DNA of 64,000 nt from Saprospirales bacterium (GTDB taxonomy: Bacteria > Bacteroidota > Bacteroidia > Chitinophagales > Saprospiraceae). The stretch is from the NCBI GenBank assembly GCA_007695035.1, contig REEO01000025.1:329-64328 (forward strand). The letters run 5' to 3'. Shown here piece after piece: positions 1-9,159 of this stretch; position 1 is the first letter of the stretch; every line of letters begins with the position of its first letter. Under the pieces are notes generated by a model. That model did no database searches and was not told the origin of the DNA. It worked only from the letters and a program-made list of their open reading frames with translations. The translations under genes and the position numbers were made by a program.

Positions 1-40
1 AAAATTGAATATTCGTTTCATGCAAGAAAAAACTTTGCCT

Positions 41-48
41 TACCTTTG
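41..48 (+). promoter_or_regulatory. Bacteroidota -7 promoter element TACCTTTG
   Basis: Exact TAnnTTTG followed by structured non-coding sequence; no clear -33. Confidence 0.5.
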
Positions 49-166
49 TAAAGGAAATTAATTACTGGCAAAAAGAAGATAGTAATTAGTTGAAGACCAG
101 CAAACTAACGTGTTTGCTTAGGGTAAATTATTGGTATATCGATAGTCCTGGTTTTTGAATAACTGT

Positions 167-199
167 TTTGAAGCACTGATCAAACCGCTTTTATCTTTG
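167..199 (+). promoter_or_regulatory. Bacteroidota sigma-A promoter TTTG-N21-TATCTTTG
   Basis: tttg 167-170 and tatctttg 192-199, 38 nt upstream of ATG 238. Confidence 0.7.
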
Positions 200-237
200 T
201 GGTATAATATTTATTAATTCACTAAAACTGTTTGATC

Positions 238-303
238 ATGAATTTTCTTCAACTACTTCTGATGCTCCTTACTATTATCGGTGATGACATTGATGGCATA
301 TAA
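238..303 (+). CDS. 21-aa micropeptide MNFLQLLLMLLTIIGDDIDGI
   Basis: ATG 238 to TAA 301-303; own promoter, AT-rich leader with A at -3; below the ORF-track cutoff. Confidence 0.55.
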   Translation: MNFLQLLLMLLTIIGDDIDGI

Positions 304-404
304 GGAACTAGAAAAAAACCAGGTTGATGGCGTATCCATCACAGAAAAGATAAAGTTAAAAGTCTGCAAAGCTTCGCTTTGCAAAGCTAGCTACGGAATG
401 AGGC

Positions 405-473
405 ACAAAAAAAGGTGTGTATCACTTATGACACACACCTTAAAAACCCCAAAATAACCAATTTCCGTTGTTA
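405..473 (-). ncRNA. putative ~65-70 nt small RNA
   Basis: Minus-strand promoter at 510-478, no ATG, ends in a 13-bp hairpin (aaggtgtgtgtca/tgatacacacctt) plus U tract. Confidence 0.6.
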
Positions 474-477
474 GCTG

Positions 478-510
478 CAAATATAGGTATGGATATGTGA
501 TGTATCCAAA
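478..510 (-). promoter_or_regulatory. promoter TTTG-N21-TATATTTG with inverted repeat GGATA-N7-TATCC in the spacer
   Basis: Plus strand caaatata 478-485, caaa 507-510, ggatatgtgatgtatcc 491-507. Confidence 0.7.
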
Positions 511-612
511 TAATATAGCTATAATTTATTGTATTTTTATTATGGTTATTTGTATTTAATTGATTATTAATAATTCATTATTGCTTTGCTGGTTTGACCA
601 GAAAAAGAAATT

Positions 613-645
613 GACCCGTAGCTAATGTGTTGCGGGTCTTTTTTT
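613..645 (+). terminator. intrinsic terminator
   Basis: gacccgtagc-taatgt-gttgcgggtc stem (two G-U pairs) followed by T7. Confidence 0.7.
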
Positions 646-850
646 GCTTCCCGGGTCATATTTTCCTCTAAAACCAGATCGCAAATCAGCTCCAATATTC
701 TCTCCGGATCACCTTTTAGCCCTAATTTGATAACCTTCATGAATGCTTTTCCCCCACTGGCTTAAACTTTTTCCAGTCTAAGTGGAAAATCTCTTTTGAT
801 CAACCTTAGGTTAGGGCAGAAACTTGCATCGGGATAAGCTGAGGAAAAGG

Positions 851-883
851 AAAAAAAGCGCATAATCGGATATGCGCTTTTTT
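851..883. terminator. bidirectional intrinsic terminator downstream of prmA
   Basis: aaaaaaagcgcata-atcgga-tatgcgctttttt. Confidence 0.8.
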
Positions 884-1013
884 CTAACTAAACTTATTAT
901 ATATGAGTCCCTAAATAACGCAATTCTGTTTATAATTATTTTAGTGCCGCATAAAAAAACCTTGTCTCCTGCTCAGTGTTACCGGAATCGGTCTGAAATT
1001 GCTCAATGCGTTA

Positions 1014-1871
1014 TCAGGGCGTTTTGATCGGAATGACCTTTTTTCTCAAATGTGTGCAAATCCAATCTGTATTTTCGTCTACCATGGAATCTATATAATT
1101 CAGTTCCCCGGCTGCATAGATTATCTCTCCTAGGTTTTTTTTCAGAACACCTGAGAGCAGAAGGTCTCCGCCGGGCACCAACATGGTTTCAATGTTGTGC
1201 ATTTGGTCCGTTAAGATATTCAGATTGATGTTGGCCAGCACTATTTCGTACCTTAAATCTTCGAGGGTTCCCGCAGTTTCTCTCTTGACCTCGATGACGC
1301 TGCAGTTGTTGGCCCGGGCATTGGCTTTGGTGTTTTCCGTACAGATGGGGTCGTGGTCAATGGCCGTCACATGAGCAGCTCCCAGTTTTTCTGCAGCGAT
1401 GGAAAGTATTCCACTGCCACAACCCAGGTCGCATACCCGTCTCAATTGCATGTCCAACCGCTCCATCATTAGCAGCATCATTTGGGTGGTGGGGTGGTGG
1501 CCTGTTCCAAAAGCCATTTGGGGTTCAATGATTAGAGTGTTATCAAAACCGGGCTTTTCGGGGTGAAAGGGTGCGCGGATGTACCAGGACGTTCCTAATT
1601 CGACTGGCTCTAAGGAATTCTCCCACATTTTATTCCAGTTCTTCGGTTGCTGCAACTTTTTCTTATACGGCATCCCCATTTCTTGCAATCTTTTCTCAAA
1701 TTCTTCCAGTGCCTCTGTCCCGGATTCCGGAATATAAAATAGCCAGGCATCTTCGCGCTCTTCGGAACCGGCCACTTGATGGGTGTAGGTAAGTAGATCA
1801 AGTTTATCTTCCGTGGTCTCTTTTTTCGGCACACTAATCACCCACCAGGGTGTGATATTATCAAACATCAA
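1014..1871 (-). CDS. prmA: ribosomal protein L11 methyltransferase
   Basis: IEPQMAFGTGHHPTT, DLGCGSGILSI, VLANIN motifs. Confidence 0.92.
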   Translation of the reverse strand: MMFDNITPWWVISVPKKETTEDKLDLLTYTHQVAGSEEREDAWLFYIPESGTEALEEFEKRLQEMGMPYKKKLQQPKNWNKMWENSLEPVELGTSWYIRAPFHPEKPGFDNTLIIEPQMAFGTGHHPTTQMMLLMMERLDMQLRRVCDLGCGSGILSIAAEKLGAAHVTAIDHDPICTENTKANARANNCSVIEVKRETAGTLEDLRYEIVLANINLNILTDQMHNIETMLVPGGDLLLSGVLKKNLGEIIYAAGELNYIDSMVDENTDWICTHLRKKVIPIKTP

Positions 1872-1883
1872 TACAGGTGTTTT

Positions 1884-2765
1884 TTAGGAGTAAATTGACT
1901 TATTTCTTGCGTGTAGGGTGTTTTTCAACAAAGCAGTCACGGTCATCAGTCCTACACCGCCGGGCACCGGGGTGATATAACTGCAGCTGGGGCTCACATT
2001 ATCAAAATCTACATCCCCTACAATGCGGTATCCTTTTTTCTTGCTACTGTCATCAACACGGTTTATTCCGACATCAATGACTACCGCCCCCTCTTTGATC
2101 ATATTCACTGTAACGAAATTTGGTTTTCCAATGGCGGCAATTACAATATCCGCCCGGCGAAGCTCTGCTCCGATGTCTTTGGTCCTGGAGTGAGTGAGGG
2201 TGACCGTACAATTGCCGGGCTTGTTTTTTCTGGACATCAATATGGACATGGGAGTTCCCACTATATTAGATCTTCCGACCACCACACAGTGCTTGCCGGA
2301 TGTGTCAATATCGTACCTTTCCAACATCATCAGAATGCCGTAGGGAGTAGCGGGTAAAAAAGCGGGCATTCCCTGAGCCATCCTTCCAAAATTCACAGGG
2401 TGAAATCCATCTACATCTTTTCGGTGGTCAATGGCCAAGTTGACGCGCTCCTCATCTATGTGGTCGGGAAGGGGCAGTTGCACTATGTAGCCGTCGATAC
2501 CTTCGTCCTGGTTGAGTTTATCGATAATCCCCAGGAGCTCTGCTTCTGAAGTATCGACTGGTTTCTCAATCAAGGTGGATTCAAAACCGATTTTTTTACA
2601 GTTTTTCACCTTGCTTTTGACGTAAAAAGTGGAGGCCGGATCATTCCCCACCAATAAAGCGGCGAGGTGAGGTGGTCTTTGGCCGGATTTTACAATTCTG
2701 CTGACTTCCTCGGCCATTTCGTCCTTTATCTCAGCCGAGAGCTTTTTCCCATCTAATAATTTCAT
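1884..2765 (-). CDS. folD: methylenetetrahydrofolate dehydrogenase/cyclohydrolase
   Basis: MKLLDGK start, KDVDGFHP, GRSNIVG, TPVPGGVG. Confidence 0.96.
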   Translation of the reverse strand: MKLLDGKKLSAEIKDEMAEEVSRIVKSGQRPPHLAALLVGNDPASTFYVKSKVKNCKKIGFESTLIEKPVDTSEAELLGIIDKLNQDEGIDGYIVQLPLPDHIDEERVNLAIDHRKDVDGFHPVNFGRMAQGMPAFLPATPYGILMMLERYDIDTSGKHCVVVGRSNIVGTPMSILMSRKNKPGNCTVTLTHSRTKDIGAELRRADIVIAAIGKPNFVTVNMIKEGAVVIDVGINRVDDSSKKKGYRIVGDVDFDNVSPSCSYITPVPGGVGLMTVTALLKNTLHARNKSIYS

Positions 2766-2991
2766 GATTTGCGGATTTTTGCGCCAAATTAAGGGAAATT
2801 GGACAAACGAAAGGCAATTTTCCACCTTTCTTGAACCAAAATTTCAGGGTTTAAATATTCTACACCGCAAAGAAAAATGATCGGGAACATTGGTCAATCA
2901 TGAAATTCCCCTCGTGTATTTAAAACTTGCGACTGTGTTCTTTTGTCTCCTATTTGCGACACATATTATTATTTACACAAAACCAGAGAGC

Positions 2992-4524
2992 TTGAAAAAA
3001 CTCAGACTAATTCTCGGAGATCAACTCAATGTCGAACACCGGTGGTTTGACCAGGTGGATGATGAAGTGACTTATTGCATGTTTGAAATGCGGCAGGAAA
3101 CGGATTATGTGACCCATCACATTCAAAAGGTCCTGGCCTTTTTTCTCGCAATGAGAGCCTTTGCTGATAAACTGAGAGACCGGGGAAACCGCTTGATATA
3201 CCTGGAAGTCGATCATCCCAAAAACCTGCAGGACCTCGGTGAAAATATTGAGATGCTAATCCAAAGGCTCGGCATCGAAAAGTTTGAGTACCAATTGCCC
3301 GATGAGTACAGATTGGACCAACAACTCAAGGAAATTTGCGGCGAAATCAATGTCCCTTCCGAGGTTTTTGATACAGAGCATTTTCTCACTGAGCGGGACG
3401 AGGTGAAGAACTATTTTAGCGAGCGCGAATTTTTGATGGAGCGTTTTTACCGCCACATGCGAAAAAAGCACAATGTGCTTATGCAGGGTGATAAACCCCT
3501 GGGCGGTAGGTGGAACTACGACAGGGAAAACCGCAAAAAGATTCCGGACGGTGTGGAAATCCCCTCTCCAAATTGGTTTGAAAGAGAAGTGGGCGACCTG
3601 ATGGAGAAAATTGAAAGCGCCGGTATTAAAACCATGGGTCGCCTCGAGGATCGTACATTGAGATGGCCTGTTACCCGAGAGGAGGCCATAACAGCGCTCG
3701 ATTATTTCATCGACAAACTATTGCCCAATTTCGGTAAGTATCAGGATGCCATGACCCACCGTTCACCCTTTTTGTTTCACTCCAGACTGTCATTCGCGCT
3801 AAATGTCAAACTCCTGCATCCGCTCGAGGTCATCCGGGCTGTAGAACAACGAATGGACGGAGATGAAGAAGATGAGACGAACCTGGCACAGGTCGAGGGC
3901 TTTATTCGCCAGATTTTAGGGTGGCGTGAGTACATGCGAGGGGTTTACTGGGCCAAAGTGCCGGAGTACTTCACCAAAAACTATTTTGAACACACGGCAC
4001 CCTTGCCTTCCTGGTACTGGACCGGAGAAACCAAAATGGAGTGCCTGCATCACGCCATCAATCAATCACTGGATCACGCTTATGCACATCACATTCAGCG
4101 CTTGATGGTCACGGGAAATTTTGCACTGCTGGCCGGCTGCTCTCCCGATGAGGTGGATGCCTGGTATCTCGGAATTTACATCGATGCCATTGAGTGGGTG
4201 GAGATTACCAACACCAGGGGCATGAGCCAGTATGCCGACGGGGGGCTCCTGGCTACCAAGCCCTATATTTCCTCCGCCAATTACATCAATAAGATGTCCG
4301 ACTACTGCAAAAACTGCAAGTACGATCCCAAAAAGAAAACCGGTGAGGATGCCTGTCCCTTTAATAGCCTTTACTGGAACTTCCTGATGAAGCACGAGAA
4401 GCTCCTGGAGAAAAATCACAGGATGTCCATGATGTATAATTTGCTCAATAAAATGGATGAAGAGGAACGCCGGGAGTTGAAAAATCAGGCTGAAAAGTAC
4501 CTCGGTATTATTGACAAGCTCTGA
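2992..4524 (+). CDS. cryptochrome/(6-4) photolyase, Fe-S bacterial (FeS-BCP) type
   Basis: LRLILGDQL N-terminus (TTG start inferred), GGRWNYD, RQILGWREY, YAHHIQRLM, C-terminal CKNC...CPF cysteines. Confidence 0.9.
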   Translation: MKKLRLILGDQLNVEHRWFDQVDDEVTYCMFEMRQETDYVTHHIQKVLAFFLAMRAFADKLRDRGNRLIYLEVDHPKNLQDLGENIEMLIQRLGIEKFEYQLPDEYRLDQQLKEICGEINVPSEVFDTEHFLTERDEVKNYFSEREFLMERFYRHMRKKHNVLMQGDKPLGGRWNYDRENRKKIPDGVEIPSPNWFEREVGDLMEKIESAGIKTMGRLEDRTLRWPVTREEAITALDYFIDKLLPNFGKYQDAMTHRSPFLFHSRLSFALNVKLLHPLEVIRAVEQRMDGDEEDETNLAQVEGFIRQILGWREYMRGVYWAKVPEYFTKNYFEHTAPLPSWYWTGETKMECLHHAINQSLDHAYAHHIQRLMVTGNFALLAGCSPDEVDAWYLGIYIDAIEWVEITNTRGMSQYADGGLLATKPYISSANYINKMSDYCKNCKYDPKKKTGEDACPFNSLYWNFLMKHEKLLEKNHRMSMMYNLLNKMDEEERRELKNQAEKYLGIIDKL

Positions 4525-4636
4525 TTTTTTCTCACAAAAAAACACGGGGAATTTTTTGCTTCCGAAAAAAGCCTTAATTTTGCAGCCGCTGAGAAAAAGT
4601 CCCTCGGCTGTGATTAAATAAGATTGTACAATTTTT

Positions 4637-4727
4637 GGAGGAGTGGCAGAGCTGGCTTAATGCACCGGTCTTGAAAACCGGCGTGCCCGAGAGGGTACCG
4701 GGGGTTCGAATCCCTCCTCCTCCGCCA
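4637..4727 (+). tRNA. tRNA-Ser (TGA)
   Basis: Cloverleaf with long variable arm, GGTTCGAATCC, encoded CCA; TAATTTTG promoter at 4575-4582. Confidence 0.97.
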
Positions 4728-4728
4728 C

Positions 4729-4770
4729 AAAAGCCCGGCAGTAACTTTTTACAGTTTCCGGGCTTTTTTT
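4729..4770 (+). terminator. terminator after tRNA-Ser
   Basis: aaagcccgg...ccgggcttt stem plus T tract. Confidence 0.75.
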
Positions 4771-5003
4771 ATGCCCCTTAGTCAGCAGATTTTACGTTTT
4801 TTTAAAGTGCCGGATCCATGAAAAATGATACTTGTAGAGAAATTCCCCTACATCGACCTGGACCGGATTTCAGCCGTACTTACCTTTTGAAAATTCTGAT
4901 TCGGTTGGCAAAATAATCTTCCTTCCCAGCTTGCGAAACCGGAGCAAATGGGGTGAAAATATATTGATAATATGGTTTCCTGGTGGAAAGCTAATCCAGT
5001 TTG

Positions 5004-5375
<372 letters not shown>

Positions 5376-5564
5376 CTAATCAATTTCCCCGGCAATTGTT
5401 TAGTTCCTCAAAGGTAATAATTTAGCCTGGTATCTCCATGTATAAAGGTCAATATTGCAGCTCGAAATGACAATAATAGGGATGCAATGACCATTTATTG
5501 TGATAATATTAGCAACTTTGTGGCCAAATCGAGTGGGTTGAATGCCTTCTCAAAAATCTGAGTT

Positions 5565-6638
5565 ATGTTGCGATGGATGTGTGTGTTGGTTATGGTATTT
5601 TTTATCGCCCCTGAAGTGAAAGGACAAATGCTATTTCAGGTCGATGATTTCAGTGCTTTTGAGGAAGACCTGACCATTACAGGGGATGCGCGCATTATTG
5701 ATAACCGGCTTAGACTCACACCATCGGAGAGATATCAGCAGGGTGCTACTTGGTTTTCCCGTCAGCAAATCGATCTACAGCGCGGCTTTGAAACTGAATT
5801 CATATTCAAATTGACCAATCACGACCCCGAGCACGAGGGTGGTGATGGGTTTGCCTTTGTGGTCCACAACAACGACCTGCAGGAACTCGGTGGCTTTGGA
5901 GACAGCATTGGATACAAGGGGTTGAGTGGGGGTGTGGCCATTGAATTCGACACCTATGACAACGATGAGGGCAGCCGTAATCATGTCACCCTCAGTTACT
6001 TTGACCCCGGGGAAGGAGGTTTTAAACGACATGCCACCGTACATCAGATTCCTGAAATGAGCGATGGCGAACCGCATTACGCACGTATTACCTATGCGGA
6101 TGGTTTTCTAACCTTTTGGTTGGACAGTTATATCTTTCCGGTACTCTCCTCCAAGTTGGACCTGCCGGCCATTTTGGGAACTGACAAGGCATGGTTGGGT
6201 TTTACCAGTGCAACCTCTTTTGCCCATTCCGATCACGATATTTTGGAATGGATGGTGGGTGAGTTTTTGCCTCCACCTGACCTGGCCATAGAAAACATCA
6301 GGGTGGAACCAAAATACACCGTGGAAGTCCAGAGCCGTAATTTAAGGATAAGTGTATGGGACCACAATCAAATTGACGGGGATATCATATCTCTAAAGGT
6401 CGGAGACCAGTGGCTAATCAATGAGTACGAATTGGTGAGAGCGAGAAAAACCGTGCCCTACACCTTTACCGGTTTCAATACCACCATTATTCTCTACGCA
6501 CACAACCTCGGCGATATTCCTCCCAATACTGCCGCCGTGGCCATTGACGATGGGGTGGAAACTCAAACCATAAACCTCGAGGCCGATCTCGAAAACAGCG
6601 AAGCCATTGAGATCATTTACAGAGGTCCAGCGGATTGA
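5565..6638 (+). CDS. secreted legume (L-type) lectin domain protein
   Basis: Signal peptide ending G-Q; LRLT, GDGFAFV, VAIEFDTY, WLGFTSAT; extra C-terminal domain. Confidence 0.82.
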   Translation: MLRWMCVLVMVFFIAPEVKGQMLFQVDDFSAFEEDLTITGDARIIDNRLRLTPSERYQQGATWFSRQQIDLQRGFETEFIFKLTNHDPEHEGGDGFAFVVHNNDLQELGGFGDSIGYKGLSGGVAIEFDTYDNDEGSRNHVTLSYFDPGEGGFKRHATVHQIPEMSDGEPHYARITYADGFLTFWLDSYIFPVLSSKLDLPAILGTDKAWLGFTSATSFAHSDHDILEWMVGEFLPPPDLAIENIRVEPKYTVEVQSRNLRISVWDHNQIDGDIISLKVGDQWLINEYELVRARKTVPYTFTGFNTTIILYAHNLGDIPPNTAAVAIDDGVETQTINLEADLENSEAIEIIYRGPAD

Positions 6639-6715
6639 GTTTGAAATATGCCTACCGTTTTATATAGTTAACAGTCGGTTGCTAAATCCTATTCTCTCAA
6701 TCAGAATCTATATAC

Positions 6716-8056
6716 CTACCAGGGTCTGGGCAATACCCACTCCTGATTGCCAAAATAATTCCATCTAACATCCAAAAGGTCCATTTCCGGATCGGTAAAT
6801 TGCTTCAGTGGACGGCCATTCACAGAAACGCGCGTATTGACATAGACACTGACCTCGCTGTAACCCTTTGCCAAAAATTCCTCTTCCAGATAACGAGCGA
6901 ATGTAAACATCATATCGGGTCTGGTGGATACGCCGTTAATTTGATGCTCCCCGAGCCGCTCTCTGAGATTAATTCTGTGCTGTTTATTCTGATCTGTTTC
7001 AATCGTGAAATGAGCAATCCCGGATTTGGTTCTCAGCATCATCCTCCAGCTCAGCCGGTGTCCCGCCTCGGTCCACAGTACATCATCCGGGATGAAGTGG
7101 TGCCGGACAGGCAGTACCAACATCAATCCGATGAAGCCGGCAAATGCGTATTTTATCAGGGCTTTTTGGGTGGGAGTGTGATTGAAAATGGCCGGACTCA
7201 GTATCCGGTCCTTTGACACCAGCTTCTCGATGCTTTTTGTCGGGAAAAAGAAGATCGAAAAGGCCAGGGCGAAGTACGGAAATATGCCGATTTGAAACAC
7301 GGCCGAGTTGAACAGGTGAAATCCCAGTGATGCGATAATGGCGAACCAACGGGTTCTTTTCCACAACAGCATGGGCACCACTAGTAAATCGTAGCCGATG
7401 CCTGCATAGGAGAGGAAGTGCGGGACCCAGTCTATTTGGAGTAACGGTCCAATTATGGGCAGATCGGCCCTGGCAGTCATCCAAATGGTCAAAGGTCTTG
7501 CCTCCAGCCAATCGGGATACAATTTATTAATAGCTGCGAAAAAATAAACAATGGCTATCAGGCACATAAAAAGCAGTCTCGGCCAGGCGGGAATCTGGTT
7601 TCGGTAAATAGCAGGATTTTTTTTAGCATCCAGGGCAAAACGCTTACCCACGGGAAGGAAGACAAATATCCATGAAACCACCATTACCAGGTAGTAGTGG
7701 TTGTTGTAGTTGCTCTTCTGCATCAGATAAGTCAGTGACCAAAGGATTGCCAAAAATACAATGGAGTATTTGTACTTATATCCCAGCATCACCCCGATGG
7801 AAAAAACTCCCATGAGGAAAAAGACCCCGTACATTGGTGTCCCAATGAGGACTTGTGTCCATTCAAATCCGAAAAAGGGAAAGGTGTAATTGACATCCAC
7901 AAAGGTCCTCCTTACCCAGCCGGTGGCTATTGCACCCCAGGCTTCCGCCAGCATCAGGAGCCCGAACGCAATTCTGAATATCTCAATAGGTGCATTGCTC
8001 TCCGCAGAGAAGAGCCAATTCTCGTATTTGCGGCTGTAGCCGACGGAATGTTCCAT
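6716..8056 (-). CDS. HTTM / vitamin K-dependent gamma-carboxylase-like membrane protein
   Basis: YNNHYYL, YFFAAINKL, IGIFPY, WTEAGHRLSWRMMLR; many TM helices. Confidence 0.9.
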   Translation of the reverse strand: MEHSVGYSRKYENWLFSAESNAPIEIFRIAFGLLMLAEAWGAIATGWVRRTFVDVNYTFPFFGFEWTQVLIGTPMYGVFFLMGVFSIGVMLGYKYKYSIVFLAILWSLTYLMQKSNYNNHYYLVMVVSWIFVFLPVGKRFALDAKKNPAIYRNQIPAWPRLLFMCLIAIVYFFAAINKLYPDWLEARPLTIWMTARADLPIIGPLLQIDWVPHFLSYAGIGYDLLVVPMLLWKRTRWFAIIASLGFHLFNSAVFQIGIFPYFALAFSIFFFPTKSIEKLVSKDRILSPAIFNHTPTQKALIKYAFAGFIGLMLVLPVRHHFIPDDVLWTEAGHRLSWRMMLRTKSGIAHFTIETDQNKQHRINLRERLGEHQINGVSTRPDMMFTFARYLEEEFLAKGYSEVSVYVNTRVSVNGRPLKQFTDPEMDLLDVRWNYFGNQEWVLPRPW

Positions 8057-8071
8057 TCTGATCGGTAATTT

Positions 8072-8785
8072 TTACGGCATTGATTCGCCGCTGCAATATG
8101 CACAAAATTCCGCAGATGGATACAAGGTTTCGAAAGGATTGGGGTGATTCACACCACTTTTTTTCAATGTCTTCTTATATACAGACACAAATTGTTCGTC
8201 CTTTTTCATGATCCCACTCACTGCTCGCGCGATTTTGAAGTACCGCTCGGGATCTTCCACCCCGGGAATAGGATGCGCCTGAAAGGTTTCGCAAACAGCC
8301 ACCAACCAGCCGAAACGGTAGGGTACGTATTTCTCCGGGTATTTCAGACTCAGGTAGAGAGAAATAATCCGGTAGTCGTGGTAGTGATTGTTGTCGCTCA
8401 GCCCCCGGTATTTAGCTTTGTAAAAACCCAGTAATTGGTCGCAGTAGAAAACAAAGCGGTCCATCCGTTGCAGTAAATCGAGCTCTTCGTTGTACAATTC
8501 CCGGAACGCCTGTGCAGTGATATCCGGTTGCAATTTGAAGAACTCCGACATCATTTCCCGGGGCTGGTAATTTTCATCCACCCAAAATGCGCGGGAAATA
8601 TCGCTGCGGATACTCGCCCTGTACATTTCGACAGGATTTTCCGATACGGGTGCCCAGTTTTTCCTGAAATGCTCCCGTATCTCCCAAATGGCTGAAACCT
8701 GTGGGTCCTTTTCCAGCTTGCTTTTGAACTTCTCCAGATTCTCTCTGATCGACGCTAATCTCACCTGGTCAGAGTTTTGATTCAT
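8072..8785 (-). CDS. hypothetical protein resembling N-terminal domains of McrB-like GTPases
   Basis: 237-aa ORF overlapping the upstream gene; NHYHD..ISLYLSLKYPEKY motif recalled from McrB-like N-termini. Confidence 0.7.
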   Translation of the reverse strand: MNQNSDQVRLASIRENLEKFKSKLEKDPQVSAIWEIREHFRKNWAPVSENPVEMYRASIRSDISRAFWVDENYQPREMMSEFFKLQPDITAQAFRELYNEELDLLQRMDRFVFYCDQLLGFYKAKYRGLSDNNHYHDYRIISLYLSLKYPEKYVPYRFGWLVAVCETFQAHPIPGVEDPERYFKIARAVSGIMKKDEQFVSVYKKTLKKSGVNHPNPFETLYPSAEFCAYCSGESMP

Positions 8786-9029
8786 CAAAGCGGAGAATAC
8801 CCTTGCCGATTTTGAGTACGACCATGGCTTGTTGTTTTTCCAGTGCTTCCCTTATGTCAAGAGTGAGCGCCTCCATGAGAGTGTCATATTGGCCGAAAAC
8901 CTGCGTACTCACGCCATTCGACTCCACTGTGAGGCCTTTGTGGCGCCTGAGTTTTCTCAAAAATTCCTTGACCCTGTCTTTGTAATCGTCGTGCAGTGGA
9001 TAAATACTGAGTTCTGCGGTAGCTTCCAT
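8769..9029 (-). CDS. YkoF/thiamine-binding (MTH1187-like) protein
   Basis: AELSIYPL...NGVSTQVFGQYD pattern, 86 aa. Confidence 0.8.
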   Translation of the reverse strand: MEATAELSIYPLHDDYKDRVKEFLRKLRRHKGLTVESNGVSTQVFGQYDTLMEALTLDIREALEKQQAMVVLKIGKGILRFDESKL

Positions 9030-9159
9030 GATTAAATTATTTTTGTTCGTAATATTTTAAGATTTTGACAATCCTTTTGCGACATTTGCGCCTGTAAAAG
9101 GAAGTGACTTTTTCTGACCTTCTACCTTATATTAATGGTTCAATTTCCGCATTGTTGAA

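Noticed and set aside
4727..5000. Island integrated at tRNA-Ser (also checked tRNA-Leu and tRNA-Gly)
   Set aside because: No integrase and no duplicated tRNA 3' end noticed.
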